From: Akkermansia muciniphila
Lineage (GTDB): Bacteria > Verrucomicrobiota > Verrucomicrobiia > Verrucomicrobiales > V1-33
NCBI GenBank assembly: GCA_945861415.1
Contig: CAMAUV010000004.1
Coordinates: 75,296 to 139,295 of the forward strand
Direction of reading: 5' to 3'
DNA: 64,000 nucleotides
The translations under genes and the position numbers were made by a program. Below are positions 31,930 to 40,702 of this stretch, one piece after another (position 1 is the stretch's first letter; every line of letters starts with the position of its first letter). The notes under the pieces were generated by a model. The model made no database searches. It was not told the DNA's origin and was given only the letters and a program-made list of their open reading frames with translations.

Positions 31930-33350
31930 TGCTTGGCTTTCTTCTTCTTTTTTCCGCTGGTTGCTGCGGGGTCGTGGTCCGGGTTGGGCTTGGTGGGCAG
32001 CACTGCCCCGGTGGACTTCATCCAGACGAGAAGGTCGTCGAGCAGTTCGTCGCGTTTGGCCGAGTCCGTTTTTGCGAGGTCGGTGCGTTCGCCGACATCG
32101 CTGGCGATATTGTAAAGCTCTGTGGCGCCATTCGACGCGAGTTTTTCGCGGCCACCATCGAGTTGCCATTCCTCGTGGTAGAGATGCAGTTTCCAGTCAC
32201 CTTTACGGATGACACTCACGGGCCGCGTACGGAAAACGGGGTCACGTCCGCGCAAGACGGGCCCATTGAGATAGCCGGGGAAGTGCCAGAACACCGCCGA
32301 ACGCTGGAGCTTCGACTCGCCCCGGAATAGCGGCGTCAAATTCTCGCCATCGAGCGGCGATGCGCTTGCGGCTGCTCCGGCAGCGGCAAGGAAAGTGGGA
32401 TAGAAATCCACGTTGGTGACCGGCACATCGCACTTGCTGCCGGGAGTTGTGACCCCGGGCCAGCGCGCAATCGTCGGCACGCGGATACCGCCTTCGTAGT
32501 AGCAGCCCTTCGCGCCGCGCAACGGCTCCTGCGTTACGTGCGTGCCGCCGTTGTCGGCGGTGAAAACGATGAGCGTGTTCTGCTCCAAGTTGAGCGACTT
32601 GAGCTTTTCCAGCACCCGACCAATGCCGGTGTCGAGGTCGGCGAGGCAGGCGGCGTGGTTTACATTGTCGTGGCCAAGCTTGCCCGGAGGCTTGCTCTTG
32701 AAACGCGTGAGCGTTTTCCCACGAGCCTGCAGCCCCGCGTGAACGGCGTAGTGGGGAAGGTAAGCAAAGAAGGGTCGCTCGCGATTCTCCTCGATGAACG
32801 CGCATGCTGCGTTGGTGATGGAAAAGATGGCCTTGGGGTCTTCTGCTTTGTCGCTGTCCAGACCGGCCTTGGAGTATTTGATCACATCGAACCCCGCGTG
32901 CTCGGATTTACCCGTCTCCGAGGGTTGCATGTGGCATTTGCCAAAGAAGCCTGTGGCGTAACCGGCGGCCTTCAATGATTCACCGAGCCTCACGGTTGCC
33001 GGCGGTAGATTCGGACGATTTGGCACCGGCACCATGCGAATGAGTTCCTTCGGGCCGCGGTTGGTGGAGCCGACTGCATAGACGCCGTGGCGCGGGGAGT
33101 ATTGCCCCGAGAGCATGCCCGCGCGGCTGGGCTGGCAATTCCCGGCGGAGGCATACGCATGGCGGAAGACCATTCCCTCGCGAGCCAACCGGTCGAGGTT
33201 CGGAGTCTCGCAGAAATCCGACCCCGCAAAACCAGTCTCCTGCCAGCCGAGGTCATCGGCGAAGATGAGGATGATGTTTGGTTTCGTCGCGGCGTTGGAA
33301 AGTCCGCAGAGGAGCGCAAACAGCGCGAAGAAGTTGAGGTAGCGTTTCAT
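31926..33350 (-). CDS. sulfatase (Cys-type)
   Basis: PNIILIFADDLGW and CQPSRAGMLSGQ. Its stop overlaps the downstream start (ATGA 31926-31929). Confidence 0.9.
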   Translation of the reverse strand: MKRYLNFFALFALLCGLSNAATKPNIILIFADDLGWQETGFAGSDFCETPNLDRLAREGMVFRHAYASAGNCQPSRAGMLSGQYSPRHGVYAVGSTNRGPKELIRMVPVPNRPNLPPATVRLGESLKAAGYATGFFGKCHMQPSETGKSEHAGFDVIKYSKAGLDSDKAEDPKAIFSITNAACAFIEENRERPFFAYLPHYAVHAGLQARGKTLTRFKSKPPGKLGHDNVNHAACLADLDTGIGRVLEKLKSLNLEQNTLIVFTADNGGTHVTQEPLRGAKGCYYEGGIRVPTIARWPGVTTPGSKCDVPVTNVDFYPTFLAAAGAAASASPLDGENLTPLFRGESKLQRSAVFWHFPGYLNGPVLRGRDPVFRTRPVSVIRKGDWKLHLYHEEWQLDGGREKLASNGATELYNIASDVGERTDLAKTDSAKRDELLDDLLVWMKSTGAVLPTKPNPDHDPAATSGKKKKKAKQ

Positions 33351-33355
33351 GGAGT

Positions 33356-34159
33356 TTAGTTGGTTTGACGGCTGCGACCGTCTTTGATGATGCGGTCGAT
33401 CTGCGCGCTGAGGCGCTCGACGACTTCGGGATGCGCAGCGGAGACATCGGTGAGTTCGCCGGGGTCATCGTTGATTTTATAAAGCGTGTGTTTTCCGGCG
33501 GGCAGCGGACTCTCGGACTTGCTCACACGCGCCTCGGACTTCCCGCGTTTTTCCAGCCGGACGAGTTTCCACTCGCCCGAACGGAGGCCGAAGTTTCCGC
33601 TGCCGTTATCCTGCTGGAGCAGATGGTCGCGGCCCTTCGCACCGGGTTTGCCGAGCAGGGCGTCGAGAATATTGAGGCTGTCGAGGCTTCCTTCGGCCAC
33701 GGGCGTCTGTCCGGCCAGAGCGCCGAAACTCGTCGCGAAATCCACCGTGCACACCACTTCATTCGACACCGCCGGTTTGATGGTTCTTTTCCAGCGTGTG
33801 ATGAACGGCGTGCGTGTGCCACCTTCCCAAACGCTGTATTTTCCGCCACGGAATGGACCGGCAGGTTGGTGGTCGCCGAGCTTTTCCACGGCGTCGTCTT
33901 TGTAGCCGTCGTCGAGCACGGGGCCGTTGTCCGAGCAAATGACGAACATGGTTTTCTCCGCGAGACCGAGACGATCGACGGTCTTGATCAATTCGCCGAC
34001 GCTCCAGTCGAACTGCACGATACAATCGCCGCGCGGCCCAAGCCCCGACTTACCTTGGAACCGCTCGTGCGCGATGCGCGGCACGTGGATGTCCTGCGAA
34101 GCGCAGTAGAGGAAAAACGTTCGGTCCTTGTTTGCTTCGATCCAGCGATTCGATTCTGA
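33356..34159 (-). pseudogene. 5'-truncated sulfatase (C-terminal two thirds only)
   Basis: The frame opens just after a TGA at 34162-34160 and reads SESNRWIEANKDRTFFLYCASQDIHVPRIAHERF...VICSDNGP...GGKYSVWEGGTRTPFI. That is mid-to-C-terminal sulfatase sequence. The signal peptide, DD metal site and CxPxR active site are absent. Confidence 0.75.
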
Positions 34160-34208
34160 TCACCCGCTCCATGCTGATAATGAATTAGTTACGACTGAAA
34201 AATCCCCT

Positions 34209-34259
34209 ACTGGCAACGCCACTGGCAACAAGTCAGCCAAGTCAGCCAAGTCAGGGAAG
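34209..34259. repeat. short tandem repeats (2 x 12 bp, then 3 x 9 bp)
   Basis: ACTGGCAACGCC / ACTGGCAACAAG at 34209-34232, then TCAGCCAAG / TCAGCCAAG / TCAGGGAAG at 34233-34259. They lie in non-coding DNA upstream of the terminase fragment. Confidence 0.6.
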
Positions 34260-34441
34260 TTGCGGAAGGATTCCGAAGAGTGGCGGTCACTCTGGCAAAT
34301 TCGGGGAATCGGGGCCGCAGAGTATCCGCAGGCCGCTTGAAAGCATCATGCCGGGCAGGATTCCAGCGGGGCAAGGGTGATCAGGTTCGATACGTGCGGC
34401 GCGGTACTCGACCGGCGAAAGGAAGCAGCCGACTTTGCCCC

Positions 34442-34759
34442 GTGGCCATACTGAAGAATCAAAAGCGGGAAGCCTTCGCGCAGGTTGTGGCGCTCAACGA
34501 GTGCAGCGGGGCGAAATCCTACCGGCGGCATATCTCTGGCGGGAAATGCAGTGACCGCACGGCGGAGGTTGCTGCGTCGGAATTGCTGCGGCGGGACTCT
34601 GAGGTTGTCCTGAGGGTTGCGGAACTGCGGGCGGCATCGGCAGCGGTGGCCGAACGGGATTTTGATCTTACTCGGTCGGCATGGCTCGCCCGGCTGCTTG
34701 CGCTCGCAGACAAGGCAGAAGATGCCGGCGACTATTCCGCGGCCCTTTTACCCTTCTGA
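34442..34759 (+). mobile_element. phage terminase small-subunit (Terminase_2-like) gene fragment, C-terminally truncated
   Basis: (V)AILKNQKREAFAQVVALNECSGAKSYRRHISGGKCSDRTAEVAASELLRRDSEVVLRVAELRAA...LTRSAWLARLLALADKAEDAGDYSAA follows the usual small-terminase HTH N-terminal pattern (KQexF...aGYs..tA...gs.LL..p.v...i). It ends abruptly about 15 nt before the inverted repeat. No other phage genes are nearby. Confidence 0.5.
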
Positions 34760-34774
34760 CGAGCGAGGCCTGCC

Positions 34775-34829
34775 GCGCAGCGGTCGAATTTGATTTGCTG
34801 AAATGCAGGGCGCAGAATTTCCTGTGGTC
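34775..34829. repeat. left copy of a 55-bp inverted repeat
   Basis: GCGCAGCGGTCGAATTTGATTTGCTGAAATGCAGGGCGCAGAATTTCCTGTGGTC is the reverse complement of 38079-38133 with 2 mismatches. Confidence 0.9.
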
Positions 34830-34909
34830 GGCGTTGGTGTGATGGGTTTTTTTAAGTCTGTGATGAACCGACTGACATTAAGTTGCATAGGCGTTAGCCG
34901 CTAGCGCCA

Positions 34910-35034
34910 GTCCCATAGTGCGGCGGAATTGCGCGGCATTCTTAATTTGACAAGATGGCGAGGTCGAGCCTTATTGAGGTATGGTGAACGCCAACTCTTC
35001 ACCCTTGGGAACTCGGGGTCTATTCTCGCGCATG
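34910..35034. repeat. copy 1 of a 125-bp direct repeat (upstream region + first ~18 codons)
   Basis: 115 of 125 positions are identical to 38655-38779 by hand alignment. It covers 71 nt upstream of the start and the peptide M(V)NANSSPLGTRGLFSRM. Confidence 0.9.
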
Positions 35035-37421
35035 ACGCGGATCTGGTTTCAAGTGGTGGCATTCCTTGCCCTTTGGGGGACTCAGACATCAACAGCTTGG
35101 GATTTCACGTTTAGCTATAAAGATACACGTTCTCAAGATGCGCTGATATATGTTGTGGAAGAAAAAATATAAGACGAGTGTCTGAAGGGGGCTGGGGGGC
35201 TTGGTACTGGAGTCCCACAGGAAGTAATATAGAAGCAAGATTGACTCAAAAATTTGCCTTTTCAAAGCCAGTCACTGAAGCATTTTTGACAATTGATTAC
35301 ATTTATCTGAATGGTTCTGGGATTGGATCGCTATGGGGGTCCAAAAATGGGACAGACTGGATTCGGCTCCTTGATGCGCCCAGTGCGGGATTCCCCACGG
35401 GTCATCATTTTAGCGATTACATGCCCAAAGCTCTCTTAGGGGGAAATGAATTATGGATTCAAGCGAGATTGGTTAGTTACTCGGGGACTATAGCAAGCCA
35501 GTTCCTTCGTAGCTGGGAAGGTAGGGTTGGCAATTGCTTCGAACTTAAAGTAAACCATAAAACAGTTCTCATCACCACACCCACCCACGGTAGCATCACC
35601 GGCTCTGGCTCTTACACCCCCGGCACCTCCGCCACTATTACCGCCGTCCCCAACCCCGGCTACCGCTTCACCGGTTGGACCGGCGCCGCCTCGGGCACCG
35701 AGAACCCACTGACGATCACCATGGACGCCGACAAGACGGTCGGTGCCGCGTTCGAGCCGGATCTTTCCGATGCGGATGCCGATGGCCTCACTGCCTACGA
35801 CGAGGTCACCCTGTAGCTCACCGACTCAACCAAGGCGGATAGCGATAACGACGGCCTCACGGACGCCTACGAGCTGGGCATCGGCCGGCTTTCGGTGGTC
35901 TCTGGCAGTCGCACTTGGGCCCAAGCCAAAGCCCATGCCGAGACCCAAGGCGGCGCCCTTGCCACCTTTGCCAATCAAGACGAATGGAATCTCACCATGC
36001 AATTGATCGGCAGCGATGCGCTGCTGAATGTCGGAGGCCTATGGATCGGCGCTACGGACAAAACGGTCGAAGGCACTTGGGCATGGGTCACCGGTGAGCC
36101 ATTCGTTTTCACCCGTTGGGAAATCGGCCAACCCGACGATTCCAACGACTCTGACTACGCCGCCGTGGCGGGCGACTTGGGTGGTACTAGCGGAAAATGG
36201 TATGACTACAGAGCCACCACCAGCCGCGACGGATATATCCTCGAGTCTGGTTATTCCTCCAGCCCGACCGTGGCGGATGCCGATGGCGACGGCTTGAACG
36301 ACGGTCAGGAACAGACCGCCGGCACCTGCCCCACGCTCGCTGATACCGATGGTGACGACCTGAGCGACGGCCAAGAAGTGAACCTCACCCTCACCAACCC
36401 CACCCGCGCCGACAGCGACTCGAACGGCACCAACGACGCGGCAGACGACCAAGATGGTGATGGCCTAAGCAACCTTGCAGAAATCACCCAACACGGCACC
36501 GACCCACTCAAAACCGACACTGACGGCGATGGGATGTCCGACAGTGCGGAACTTAGCCACCCAGCGAGCTTCTTTGCTTTAGTCGAAGGTTCCTTCACCC
36601 ACGCTCAAGCAGTCAATGATGCCACCACCCGCCGTGGCCGCCTCGCCAGCTTCCTAAATGCCAGTGACTTCATCCGCATGGCGGCCAAAGCGCGCAAGGC
36701 AACCCAAGGATACTTGTGGCTCGGGCTTTCCGACACCGCCACCGAAGGAACTTGGCTGTGGTCTGACGGAAGAACCCCGACCTACACCCGCTGGCTCAAC
36801 GGCCAACCGGATGGCGGCACCGGTGAGAACCACGCCGTGCTGATGGAAAACAGCAACCTATGGGCAGATGGCGCGGCGGAATTCGTTGCTTCCGGCTACC
36901 TGTTCGAGCGCATCGGCTTGGATCCTTTGATCGCAGACACTGATGGCGACGGACTCAACGACGGTGCCGAAATCAACACGCATCAGACCAATCCCGTGCT
37001 CGACGACAGCGACAGTGACGGCCTTAGCGACGGGGCGGAAATTTCCACTCACGGATCGAATCCAAACCTCGCCGACAGCGATGCAGACGGTCTGAGCGAT
37101 TTCGCCGAGGTGGGCACCCACGGCACCAATCCAAGCGTTAAGGACAGCGATGGCGACGGCTTCGACGATCTTTTCGAGATCAACACCGGCTTCAACCCCA
37201 CGTTAGGTTCCAGCACGCCCGACGCTCAATCGAGCATCAGGACCGCAGTTGATTTCCGCTTCAACGCGGCCGATGGCGTAAGCTACCGGATCGAGGCATC
37301 CACGGATCTGAACCAATGGGCCGTCATCGAGCCCGTCATCATCGGCCAGAGCGCGGTCGTCACCCGCTTCTATTCCATCGAGAACCAGCCAAAGCGGTAT
37401 TTCCGGGTGAGGAGGAATTGA
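34981..37421 (+). pseudogene. large secreted C-type-lectin-domain / thrombospondin-type-3-repeat protein, interrupted by a frameshift and an in-frame TAG
   Basis: Three ORF-track pieces (34981-35172 in frame 1, 35178-35816 and 35895-37421 both in frame 0) join into one ~810-aa protein. Order: leader and signal peptide, a low-GC unknown domain, an InlB-B-repeat-like module (GSYTPGTSATITAVPNPGYRFTGWTG), two CTLD-like modules (WAQAKAHAETQGGALATF...LWIGATDKTVEGTWAWVTGEPF; HAQAVNDATTRRGRLASF...LWLGLSDTATEGTWLWSDG), many DxDxDGxxD repeats, and a C-terminal YRIEASTDLNQW...RYFRVRRN module. Lesions: a frame change at or near the A6 run 35162-35167, and TAG 35814-35816. Confidence 0.7.
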
Positions 37422-37851
37422 CCCCACTTCCCCGCCCTAAGGTCCAATCCAATCGCTCTTTCAAGAGCCTCCCGCAGAAGCAAATTCCTCGCAATAACTC
37501 GCGCGGCGCGAGCTTGGGCGACGACGTGTGCCGCGCCGGATCCACGCCTTCTACGCCGAACCAGATGATTTCCTTTTTGATCCGCACCAACATCCGGTTG
37601 AACGGCTGGTGATCGCTCAGACTCATCTTCGGCTCCAGGCTTTTGAGGCCGGGCAGCGCGCGGAGTTTCGCCATCACCCGGTCGATGTCCTCCGCCGCGC
37701 CCGCCACGAACAAATTGATCCCCTCCTCGCTGAGCAGGATCGTCCCCTTGAGGTTCCAGCTCTTGCAATCACGGATCAATTCCTCGCGCAGCTCCTTGAG
37801 CCCGCGCATCGGGGTGAAACGGTAGGTCGAGATGTTGGTGATGGTCGCCAT
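37360..37851 (-). pseudogene. trhO: 3'-truncated rhodanese-family tRNA uridine(34) hydroxylase (UPF0176/YceA) gene; N-terminal ~125 codons only
   Basis: MATITNISTYRFTPMRGLKELREELIRDCKSWNLKGTILLSEEGINLFVAG...FNRMLVRIKKEIIWFGVEGVDP matches the UPF0176 N-terminal domain. The rhodanese domain and Cys-rich C-terminus are missing. The ORF tail from about 37476 down is unrelated sequence and overlaps the end of the lectin gene. Confidence 0.65.
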
Positions 37852-38078
37852 GCGGGTGCGCGCGCATCCTCACGATTCGCCGCATCCGATGCAAAGGAAA
37901 AGCCAGACCCCCTCACTCCCCGTTCCCGATCCCGCCAATGACGCCACCCGCAAGGTAAAGTGGGCCGTCCAATGCATAGGATTTGGATTATTCGGGATGC
38001 TTTGGGTATTCATGGCTCGGCAACCCTAGCGCGGCTGTCCGGAGCCTCACGGACAGCCCACCAGTTCACTGCTACGCT

Positions 38079-38133
38079 GACCACAGGAAATTCTGCGCCC
38101 TGCATTTCAGTAAATCAAATTCGTCCGCTGCGC
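38079..38133. repeat. right copy of the 55-bp inverted repeat
   Basis: GACCACAGGAAATTCTGCGCCCTGCATTTCAGTAAATCAAATTCGTCCGCTGCGC is the reverse complement of 34775-34829 with 2 mismatches. Confidence 0.9.
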
Positions 38134-38394
38134 CTAGGGCTTTCTACTGGACGAGCGGGGTTGGGCCGGGCTGGGTGATGATGAAGTTTCCGATGCCGGG
38201 AATAAATTTTCTGGCGGATGATTATTTGAATACAGCACCACGCCCAGTCATCGTCTGACCGAGAGGCGCATGATCCTTTTTGCACCTGCGATGTCCACAC
38301 TGGCGACGCCGATGTCCGTCCCCGCGGCCTTGGCCGGTATGCGTGATTTCGAATCTAATCTAGCCCACCATTTTCCTTTTGGGTCTAGCCCCAG

Positions 38395-38661
38395 TTACGG
38401 AACCACCACTACTTTATAATATTGCCGCACCGGCCGAGCAGGAGCCTCCACCATTAGCGTGGTCAGCCCCGTTAGTCCCGGCAGAGTAGAAAATGTGCTC
38501 CATGTGGTGAGATCATGCGAGGTCTGCACCGCATAGTTCCGCGCTGGGCTGCCGGACCACGTCAGGGTGAGCACATTCAGGCCCGGCAATTCATTGAACT
38601 GGAGAGCAAAGAAATTAGAGGCCGCGCTCAAGGGATGGCTACCGGCAAGGTATTGTCCCAT
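38395..38661 (-). pseudogene. orphan C-terminal 'Y-x-V/I-x-x-S-x-D-L-x-x-W ... Y-Y-K-V' domain fragment
   Basis: 88-aa ORF (LTLTWSGSPARNYAVQTSHDLTTWSTF...RQYYKVVVVP) resembling only the C-terminal module of the lectin protein. Its ATG sits exactly at the left boundary of direct-repeat copy 2, so the upstream part of the gene appears to have been replaced. Confidence 0.4.
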
Positions 38662-38779
38662 GGTGCGGCGGAATTGTGCGGCATTCTTAATTTGACGAGA
38701 TGGCGAGGTCGAGCCTTATTGAAATACCATGAACGCCAACTCTTCACCCTTGGGAACTCCGGGTCTATTTTCGCGCATG
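38655..38779. repeat. copy 2 of the 125-bp direct repeat
   Basis: See 34910-35034. It covers 74 nt upstream of ATG 38729 and the peptide MNANSSPLGTPGLFSRM. Confidence 0.9.
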
Positions 38780-39426
38780 GCTTGGTGCCTCTGCCTCATA
38801 GCGCTATGCGCGTTTCCCCAAATGAGCAGTGCGGCCACTGAAGCATGGCGCATGACCCATTTTGGTTCCCCTGCCAACACTGGCAGCGGTGCCGACCTCG
38901 GCGATCCTGACCGTGATGGGATCGTGAACCTACTGGAATTCGCCACGGGCAGTAATCCTCGGAGCTCCTCCCCTCCGGTAGGCGCGCCGGTAAAGAACGG
39001 GAACACCGTGGAATTCACTTATTCCCGGCCCAAGGCAGCGCTGGCCGAGGTCACCTATCATCCCGAAGGTAGCCTCATACTGTCCGGCGCATGGTCATCC
39101 TTGTCCTCACCAGCACCATCGTGAGCGACGACGGTGTGACCCAATTAGTCAAGGTCACCAGCCCCGCTGGCAGCGGAAAGCGATTCATGCGTCTCCGAGT
39201 CAATAAGACGGCGCTGGCTGAGATCTCCATTCAACAAACGGCGGGGACCAGCCTTGTCAGCGGGGCGGAAGTGTGGTCCCGCTCCTTCCTCGCTCAACAC
39301 CGGCTATTCATGGACTACTTCATTGAAACTGCTTTTGGCATTCACTCTGCAGCGATGAGTTGCGCATTATTCACTGTTACGGCTGCCCGGCGAATGCAGC
39401 CACTTCTGCAGCGCGGAGGGGTATAG
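38729..39426 (+). pseudogene. small secreted protein with a DPDRDG...NLLEFATGSNP motif and a C-terminal RFMRLRV module, frameshifted
   Basis: Frame 2 (38729-39124) carries the leader, signal peptide and WRMTHFGSPANTGSGADLGDPDRDGIVNLLEFATGSNP. The expected continuation (LTSTIVSDDGVTQLVKVTSPAGSGKRFMRLRV) is in frame 1 from about 39091, so a frameshift lies near 39090-39110. The frame-1 tail runs 60 nt into convergent purN, so the true 3' end is uncertain. Confidence 0.5.
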
Positions 39427-39972
39427 CGCCCGTTCGGCGGCGTTGATGCGGGGTGTGAGGGTTTCTTTGGTATCGCCGGCGAGGAGGGGGACTTCGCTTT
39501 GGGCGAGAATTTCACCAGAGTCGATTTCCTCCGTGACTAAATGCACGGTACAGCCGGTGACGGGGATGCCGGCAGCTAGGGCCTGAGAAATGGCATCGCG
39601 ACCGCGGAATTGGGGCAGCAGGGAAGGGTGAATGTTGATGATACGGCCCGCCCATTCGGTAAGCATTGGGGCTTTGAGCACGCGCATAAATCCGGCGCAC
39701 ACAATGGCGTCAGCGCGGGCTTCGCGCAGAAGGCGGGCGAGTTCGATTTGGGCTTCGTCAGCAAACCGATTTGGATTGGGGCCGGGATCAAGAAAAACGT
39801 GAGGCAAGTCCCGGTCGGCGGCGTGTTTCAAAATGCCGGCGTTGGAGTAATCCGAAACGACGAGGACGACTGTGGCGTCGAGCGTACCGGCAGCGATGGC
39901 ATTCGCGACGGCGACGAAATTGGAGCCTGCTCCAGAGCCGAGAACGGCGATGCGGGGAGTGGTGGCGGACAT
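39367..39972 (-). CDS. purN: phosphoribosylglycinamide formyltransferase
   Basis: IAVLGSGAGSNF, AGFMRVL, INIHPSLLP and TGCTVHLVTEEIDSGEI. Confidence 0.95.
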   Translation of the reverse strand: MSATTPRIAVLGSGAGSNFVAVANAIAAGTLDATVVLVVSDYSNAGILKHAADRDLPHVFLDPGPNPNRFADEAQIELARLLREARADAIVCAGFMRVLKAPMLTEWAGRIINIHPSLLPQFRGRDAISQALAAGIPVTGCTVHLVTEEIDSGEILAQSEVPLLAGDTKETLTPRINAAERALYPSALQKWLHSPGSRNSE

Positions 39973-39976
39973 AGTT

Positions 39977-40621
39977 TTACAGTGTGACGTTGAGGCCCTT
40001 CATTTTGAGCCGTCCGATGATTTCACTGACGACGCCTTCCAGCGTGAGGTGCGAGGAATCAATGACATGGGCGTCTTCAGAAATGATGAGCGGGGCGGCT
40101 TTGCGTGAGGAATCCTGAGCATCGCGGCGGGCGATGCTGTCGGTCTCGCCCTGAGCATAACGGCGGGCCGCGCGGACTTCCTCACTGGCATCAATGTAGA
40201 ATTTGTAAGGGGTTTCGGGGAAGACAACGGAGCCGATATCGCGGCCCTCCATGACGAGCGAGTCTCTTTGCCCGAGGCTGCGCAGGAGGTTGGTGAGCAC
40301 GCGCCGGACGTCCGGATAGGAGGAAATGCGGGAGACGTTTTTATTCACGGCGGCATCGCGCAAGTGAGCGTCGGGATCACGGCCGTTGAGCAGCAGTACG
40401 GTGTGCCCTTCCTGCAGGGTGCACTGGATATCCATGGCGGCGATGAAGGAGGAGATGGCGGACTCGTCCGTTAGGGGTAGTGCGGCATCCAGCACGGCCC
40501 ATGTGGCGGCGCGGTAAAAGGAGCCGCTGTTCACATCGAGGCAGCCCAGCTTGCGGGCGAGAAGTCGCGAGACGCTGCTTTTTCCGGAGGCGGCGGGACC
40601 GTCGATGGCGATGACAAACAT
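39977..40621 (-). CDS. cmk: cytidylate kinase
   Basis: IAIDGPAASGKSSVSR P-loop, GRDIGSVVFP and the overall Cmk length. Confidence 0.95.
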   Translation of the reverse strand: MFVIAIDGPAASGKSSVSRLLARKLGCLDVNSGSFYRAATWAVLDAALPLTDESAISSFIAAMDIQCTLQEGHTVLLLNGRDPDAHLRDAAVNKNVSRISSYPDVRRVLTNLLRSLGQRDSLVMEGRDIGSVVFPETPYKFYIDASEEVRAARRYAQGETDSIARRDAQDSSRKAAPLIISEDAHVIDSSHLTLEGVVSEIIGRLKMKGLNVTL

Positions 40622-40702
40622 TACTTTGGTTGGGTGGGATGAGGCTGTGGATCACCGTTGAGCGGAGCGGGGCCGGTTTTCCATGTATTGATGACAGGGG
40701 TG

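Noticed and set aside
35895-37421. A diversity-generating retroelement targeting the C-type-lectin-fold domains.
   Set aside because: There is no reverse transcriptase gene in the window. I saw no nearby template/variable repeat pair with adenine-specific differences. The CTLD modules resemble canonical carbohydrate-type CTLDs rather than the C-terminal DGR variable-region type.
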